Assembly (NCBI RefSeq): GCF_963853765.1
Contig: NC_088854.1
Location: forward strand, 23,374,001 to 23,438,000
DNA: 64,000 nucleotides
Reading direction: 5' to 3'
Origin: Magallana gigas
Taxonomy: Eukaryota
Shown here: positions 57,709-64,000 of the stretch, one piece after another
How positions within the stretch are numbered: the stretch's first letter is position 1
Layout of the letters: the number at the start of each line of letters is the position of its first letter
Notes under the pieces: model-generated
What the model was told of the DNA's origin: nothing
Databases searched by the model: none
The model's input: only the letters and a program-made list of their open reading frames with translations
Program-made: the position numbers and the translations under genes

Positions 57709-60700
57709 ATGCTGGTGACTGCCATTCTGTGCTCCTTCATCTTTGGTGTTGTGTTCACTCTCCTTGTCCAGTTCCTCTTCCTAAGAAACCAGCTGAATAA
57801 TACGCCAGTTGAGCCAATAAAAAATCGTCCACAGTTTACTGACTTCAAGCTACCAAAGGTATCAGACTTTTTCATATGGAAATTTTATTTTGTATGTTGT
57901 ATTTTTTTTCCTAGCAGTTTGATTAAACTCCATCAATTGATTTGGTTAGATAAAGATTTGTAAAATCACTATTTTTTTTATTAAGGAAAATATTTATGAG
58001 CACCCAAATTTATACTAGTTTTAGAACAATATTTTTTTTCCTTTTTTTTCCTTCAAGGAACTGTTTGAAGCCTTAAAAGAAGCTCTGAAGAAAGACCAGA
58101 AAGAGAGCTGTTTAGCCTTAAACTTGATCATTTGCTTCTTATTTAGAGAGCTGAAAGACAAACAATTTATCAGAAGGTAGTTTGTTATGTATCATATGCT
58201 TGCATTTTTGATTTGGTTGGTTTCATTGTATATAAACCTCTTACAAGATGCATGACCATATTTACATATTGTTTCCTATTTATATTGTCAGATGGGTTAT
58301 CAAGAAAATGAACTTAGAATTTGCAGAGCTAATGCAAAAAACAGCAGGAAGAATTCTAGAACAGATAACAGTAAGTTAGAATTTATTTTATGTGATTGTA
58401 AATGTACCAGATTGCTCCTGATGGAGGTACCAATGTGAACCGATCTTGTTTCTGCTTGCATCTGGATGGTGCGTGGATGTATAACCAAATGTTGCCATGT
58501 GTAAAATAAAACATGTTACCGGTAATATAGGCATGGCGAACATCCTTTAAAAATGTATAGTTTCTGTTACTCTAGGTTCAGGAGTTCAATCTAGGACCAG
58601 CATTCCCTGTCATAAAGTCTGTAGCTGTTAAAGGAACCAAAATAGAGAAAGATGCAATTGATGCAAGTATCACAACTATAGGCTAGTCTGTTCAAATTTA
58701 TCAATGTTCTTTTCTTTTATATTCATTAACTTTATATTTATATGAATATGCATAAAAAGACTAGAAACTATATATACACATATATGTAGCACATGGCTCT
58801 GTCTCATTGAGGTATTACTAAACTTTTTTTACAAAAGAATTTTGTCCTATGAAATAGATTAGACATATTAAATGCATTAATACATATATACCTATAGTTA
58901 AAGTTAAACTTAAAAAAAAAACCGTATGTTTATTTGAATGGTTATAGGCTAATGAAATAATAATTTAAAGAATCAACATGTTCATAATTCCAGAAATTAG
59001 ATGTAGAAGTTGACCTGGATTACCGGGGTGGTTTCCAGTTAGCCCTGGGTATTGACCTAGTTCTTGGAAAGCAGGTGTTTCTCTCGGTTACGGTCATGAA
59101 CCTCCAGGGAAGGGCCCGGCTGCAGTTCTCCCACAAACCCTACACCCACTGGTCCTTTTCCTTCTACGAGGAACCTCAGATAGACTTTCTGGTGGAGTCT
59201 AAGTTTGGAGGGAGGGCCACGCCCCAGCTTACATCACTGATCATTAAGCAGGTGGGAAAGACAGCTAACGTACCTCTGTACGTCATATTTGAAGTGTTGA
59301 TGAAATGTACTGGCATACAATACATATATTTTGATGCATTGAAGTATCTATTTAATAAACAATTGTTCGCTTCCTTGCAGAAGAAGAAGTCACATTTTTT
59401 TGGCCAAGTACAGATTATTTTTAAAAAATAAATTATTCTCTCCAAAACCTTACATTTGTTATAATTTGATGACAGGTATAAATGAACAAAAACAAGACAC
59501 TTTTTAAATTTAAGATAAATGATATTTTCACAGAGCTAAGGTAGACATAACTTCAAGTCTTAATTATCTAGTGTGTTGTAGCACATTACTTTGTTTTTAG
59601 ATTTAAGATCTGATTTATAACAATCATGCACATTTCTTTTCTGTAGATAAAGAGAACCATCAGGAAGAAGCACACACTGCCTAACTACAAGTTTAGGATG
59701 AAGCCTTTTTTTACTCCCCCTCCACCCAGAGTCCCCCAGAAAGACCTCTTTGTTAATGGCGCCAAGATAGGTCAAGGCAAGCTGACTGTCACAATTAAGG
59801 GCTGTTCACGCTTGATCGACGTTCCAGCAGATTCCCTTCTCTACTGCACATTATCTGTTGGTAAGAGATTGATTCACAATTGATACATGTACTGTGGTTT
59901 CATTAATATTCAAGGGTATCAATTTTCATGGATATAGTGAAAATCACAGTTTCAAGGATACGTAAATTCGAGGCCAATGACCCTATCAATACAAAATCTT
60001 AATAGAAATTGCACTTCAATGAACATTTAATTTCGTGGATCAACTTAACAATGAAATCCACGAAAAATTGGTATTCAACGAATATTGATGAAACCACAGT
60101 ATATCATCTGAATTGTGTTAAGCATTAGATTAGGTAAATTGGTACTATGTAGAAGAGATGTTCAATGTTTTTGGTCAATGTATAAATATTTATTCTCACA
60201 TGTGCTTGTACTGGAAGTAAAATACATGTACAGTGTATTGATAACACAAATACATCCTTTTTCCTGCTTTAAAAAAATAATTTTCAACATTTAAAAAATG
60301 TTTAACAGTGTTGGATACAAGTTTTTAAATTTATTCAGATGCTTGATGTTTATTTGTAGATAGCTGTCCTTGGCTGGAGTTACTTGAAAAGAAGAAAAGG
60401 ATCTGGGTGATTCAGGACATAGAGATCATCAAAGGCTCTGCAGAGTCAATAGGACTCAGTTTTAAAGAGGTTAATAATTAGACTATATGAACATTTTCAA
60501 TATTTGCAAGTTTAAAACGATGTAACACTTCAATGGGTGTAATTATTCAAAATGAAACGTTTTTTGGCTCATTTTAACTTGAATAACCTGAAACAGAAAT
60601 TTTTGGAGTGAAGAGAGATGAGTATGTGGTAAATAAAACCATTCTAACAAGAGCTTGGATTTTGGGTAGTTGTGTCATACAGCAATGTGACGTAGGTCTG

Positions 60701-63700
60701 TCTATTTCATTGCTGGCCATTCAGCCACGTGTCTTTGAAATCAACAAGATTTTTCCGGCTTTGGAGCTAAGACTAGGCAATCGGTGTATATTTCACTTGA
60801 AACCAGTGTCATTTTTCACTTGTTTTGATGCAAGAAATAAATAGATACTTCCTACTGAAAGTCCAAGTCCTTGTTAAAATGGTTTTAAAAACTGATATGC
60901 ATATATTTTTGTGTTCTGAAGGATTTCTTACTGGATAAATACGAGGATGTAGTTGTGGTGGACTTTATAACTGCAGATTCTCCAGCTGACAAATCAGATA
61001 TCAGAAAAGTAAGTAATCAACTTAGGTTTCATCATGTTGAATATCCACAGTTTGGTCATGCTGTGAATGCTGGGGAGGATTTTTGAATACTTCAATCTTT
61101 ATTTTTTAGGGAGATATTCTGACTTACATTAACAATGTGAAAGTGACTACATCCAAACAGGCTGCCAAGTTATTTAAAGGTGCTGGAGAGAGGTATAGAT
61201 ATAACCCATTCCGTAGAAAAGAATTCAACGATTCATATTAAAATGCTCTAGAAATCATGATATAAAAGTATACATTTATATTGTGTTAGAGCCATGGACA
61301 TTCTTCACAAATTGAAAGTATAAAGCATAGATTTATGTGTTCTGTCTGATATTAAAATGTATTTCACAGATTTTTAGTTCGAATAGAGAGAGCACGGATG
61401 AAAAATCATGCACCTCATGACCTTCAAATAACAGAGGATAATGTCAGCATCAAAGTAAGTTTGCTTTTTAGAAAAAGTTAATAAGCATTCCATCTCATGA
61501 TTTTAACAGATATGATTTTGATAATAATTTGCCCTTTAATTTTAGGATTTTCCCCAGAGTGATGTAACAAAAACATCAGAATGCTCCGAGGATTTTGTCA
61601 ATATCAGTATAAACACCCAACAAGTGGCTAAAACTTCCTACCCCCTCCCCTCCCCATCAAGCAGTCCACAGAAAAGAGTACTGGATCTAGTGAATACAGG
61701 CTTGGGCAAAGGGAAGACTCTTTTGAAGGGGAGGTTAAAAAGTAATACAATAAATGAGCCGCCAACAAACTTACAGGTAACGGAGACAAAAGGCAGCCCT
61801 CTGCCCATCAGGAGAAATCTTTCAGATAAAAATTTGTCTCAACTTGGAACCTCCCCATCTGGGTCATCTGGATCATTGCCCTTTGAAGATGCAGAATTTA
61901 AGGCCAGATGCCAGAGTGATGCATCCTCCATTAAGGTTGGTTTACCGGTAAAAAATATTATCCCAATATTAAGATCCAAATCCAAACTCAATTAAGATCA
62001 CCAATGGTGCTCCTCTGAAATTTAGTGATGGAAGCAAACATAAAGTGGATTATTTTACACAAGTTTTCTTTAAAATCTGGTTTATTACATACAATGTTTA
62101 GGATAAACATGATCGAAGCATTCTTTTTGTTGTAGTCTTTAGAGTCAGCTGAAGGACAGCCATTGGAAAATTCTGAAGATGAGGATGAAAACTTTGATAT
62201 CATACAAACCATTGAAATTCCTTCATGTTCTGTAAGTTGTATTAGCTAAGGTAGTATTTACAACTCTATTTGTCAATGAAAGCTAAATAAAATGTACTAG
62301 TAATGGTGTAGTTTGGCTTCAGATCTAGAAGAGATATAATTATGTATGAACATGTATCCTTTTCACAAACTGCTACATACAGATTACCCTCTTAGAAGAA
62401 TTTGTTTTCTTTTTGATTTGGACTTAAAAAATCTTAGGATACAAGATTCTTCTGTCTATATATATCAGTTTAAACAAATATTATGAAGAAGAGGAGTTAA
62501 AAAGTATGTGTGCAAATTGTTTTTAACAAAACAACCAAAATTCAAATGTAATTTATCTTTGCAAATACATGTACATACATGTTGTACATTTCAAAATGTT
62601 GTCATAAATTTATCTTTATCAGGTAAAAATCTTTCATTTTGATTGTAAATACATATGCATTTATATCAATTGGTATTGCTTATGGTTATTGCAGAATCCC
62701 ACCTGGAATGAAACATTCACCTTCAATGTGGAAGCTGATGAAAAGTTCTTGAATGTCTGCGTGTCTTGCAAAATACCAGAGAAGCTTGACAAGCAGAATA
62801 AAATTGTCAAGCCCTCAAAAGTCTTTCCTGTGGGACAAGTAAGTAGTGATAGATGGTTACTAACAGAAAATTTGTAGTTATAACAATTTGAATAGAAAAT
62901 GTTTTTATCTGAAATAAACAGGTACATTTATATGATATTGTATGAAAAGAATGTGTTAATTACATTGATTACAGATTCCATACATAAGTCTCTATGTTGC
63001 ACGGTGTAATATTTCTGTAGGGTCTGAGAAAAGTAATATAAATTCATATGTGTTTAATTTCTAGCATTAAACTGTACATTTATATGTACATGTAATAGAT
63101 ACATAATCTATATATAACCCCACTTCTCTTTTTAATGTTATGAAACAGATAATGTAATCTGGTATTCTGTACAGGTGAGCCTGCCACTGTTGGATGTCTG
63201 TCTGGACTGCATGATGACCCTACAGGGAGACACCCAGCAGACAGTGGCTCTGGAGCCCACGGAGGCCCGGGCCGGCGCCAGGTAAACCCAAGACATAGTG
63301 TAAACCCAAGACAAAGTTTAAACCCAAGACAAAGTGTAAACCTAAGACAAAGTGTAAACCCAAGACAAAGTGTAAACCCAAGGCAAAGTGTAAACCTAAG
63401 ACAAAGTGTAAACCCAAGACAAAGTGTAAATCCAAGGCAGAGTGTAAACTCTTGATTTTATCTACTATCAAAATAAAAAGTTGGAATCTTTGAAAATATA
63501 TTTTATTGAAACAAAAACAAGTTTAAATCAGTACATGTATTTATTACTTAGTTAAGTTCAAGCCAATGGAATTCATACAGTGAGGTTACCAAAAATACTA
63601 TGGCAAAAAAAGAATTAAAAAATTAAGTTTATATTACTGGTTTAAAAGTAGTGACATACTGTGATCAGTTTATCTTATTTTCAGAAATTGAATACCGGTA

Positions 63701-64000
63701 GATTATGATATTCTAAATATATATGTCTGATAATTCATAGTGATGTGCCATTATATTGATATACCAGTGTATTGGTTTTTTTGTTGTTGCTTAATACGTA
63801 TCGCGATACGGGTTCCAAAATGCAGGTATTTTTCACATATTTTAAAAATTCTGAAAATATTAAAATCGTTTCATCGACTGAACTTAAAATTACAATAACC
63901 AGAAATTTTTGGTGATTCCCATCCCTAATAAATTATTTAGGAATCATGGAACATACATGTGAAGTTGTTAGTTTCTACTGATTATTTATTTTCAGTCGAG
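57709..64000 (+). CDS. PDZD8: PDZ domain-containing protein 8 (TM, SMP, split C2, PDZ), 5' partial, continues past the window
   Basis: Exons 57709-57858, 58058-58176, 58292-58370, 58576-58662, 58994-59251, 59647-59860, 60360-60469, 60921-61007, 61110-61192, 61370-61454, 61546-61936, 62136-62231, 62695-62838, 63175-63281, next acceptor at ~63995. Motifs FLFRELKD, RWVIKK, YRGGFQLA, PYTHWSFSF, PQLTSLIIKQ, KKHTLPNYKFRMKPFF, SPADKSDIRKGDIL, NPTWNETFTF. Confidence 0.93.
59890..60101. mobile_element. 212-bp MITE with 22-bp TIRs (Tc1/mariner-like, TA ends) in a PDZD8 intron
   Basis: TACTGTGGTTTCATTAATATTC / GAATATTGATGAAACCACAGTA, 1 mismatch. Confidence 0.85.
63282..63451 (+). repeat. 18-bp minisatellite, 9 units plus a partial tenth (GTAAACCCAAGACAAAGT)
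   Basis: Direct reading. It starts exactly at the PDZD8 exon 14 donor. Confidence 0.95.

Noticed and set aside
63220-63471. 83-aa ORF with LHFVLG repeats
   Set aside because: It is the antisense translation of the 18-bp intronic minisatellite.

Overview
AT-rich eukaryotic genomic DNA, almost certainly from an oyster (Crassostrea/Magallana). This is inferred from Cg170-like ~166-bp satellite monomers inside Helentron-type non-autonomous elements and from an HSPA12-type HSP70 gene. Splice-aware reading gives nine protein-coding genes: an ankyrin-repeat/SOCS-box gene (+), a 6-exon single-CUB transmembrane gene (+), two tandem PGAP2 paralogs (-), ATG13 (+), a third divergent PGAP2-like gene (-), WDR55 (+), an HSPA12-like gene (+) and the 5' part of PDZD8 (+, runs off the window end). 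Most short ORFs in the supplied track are spurious or are single exons. Introns and intergenic DNA are dense with non-autonomous transposons. The most unusual structures are: (i) a triple-nested element in which a TA-flanked long-TIR element carries a decayed Penelope-like RT lacking a C-terminal endonuclease; (ii) two Mutator-like long-TIR elements inserted about 8 bp apart, 12 bp upstream of the PGAP2b start codon, in the PGAP2b/ATG13 divergent promoter; (iii) several 55-85-bp hairpins with unrelated interiors but shared CATC(G/T)TC-type ends; (iv) a non-canonical hammerhead-ribozyme-like motif; (v) a 126-bp palindrome of palindromes. No CRISPR array, rRNA or intact tRNA was found. All alignments were made by eye and no database search was run.
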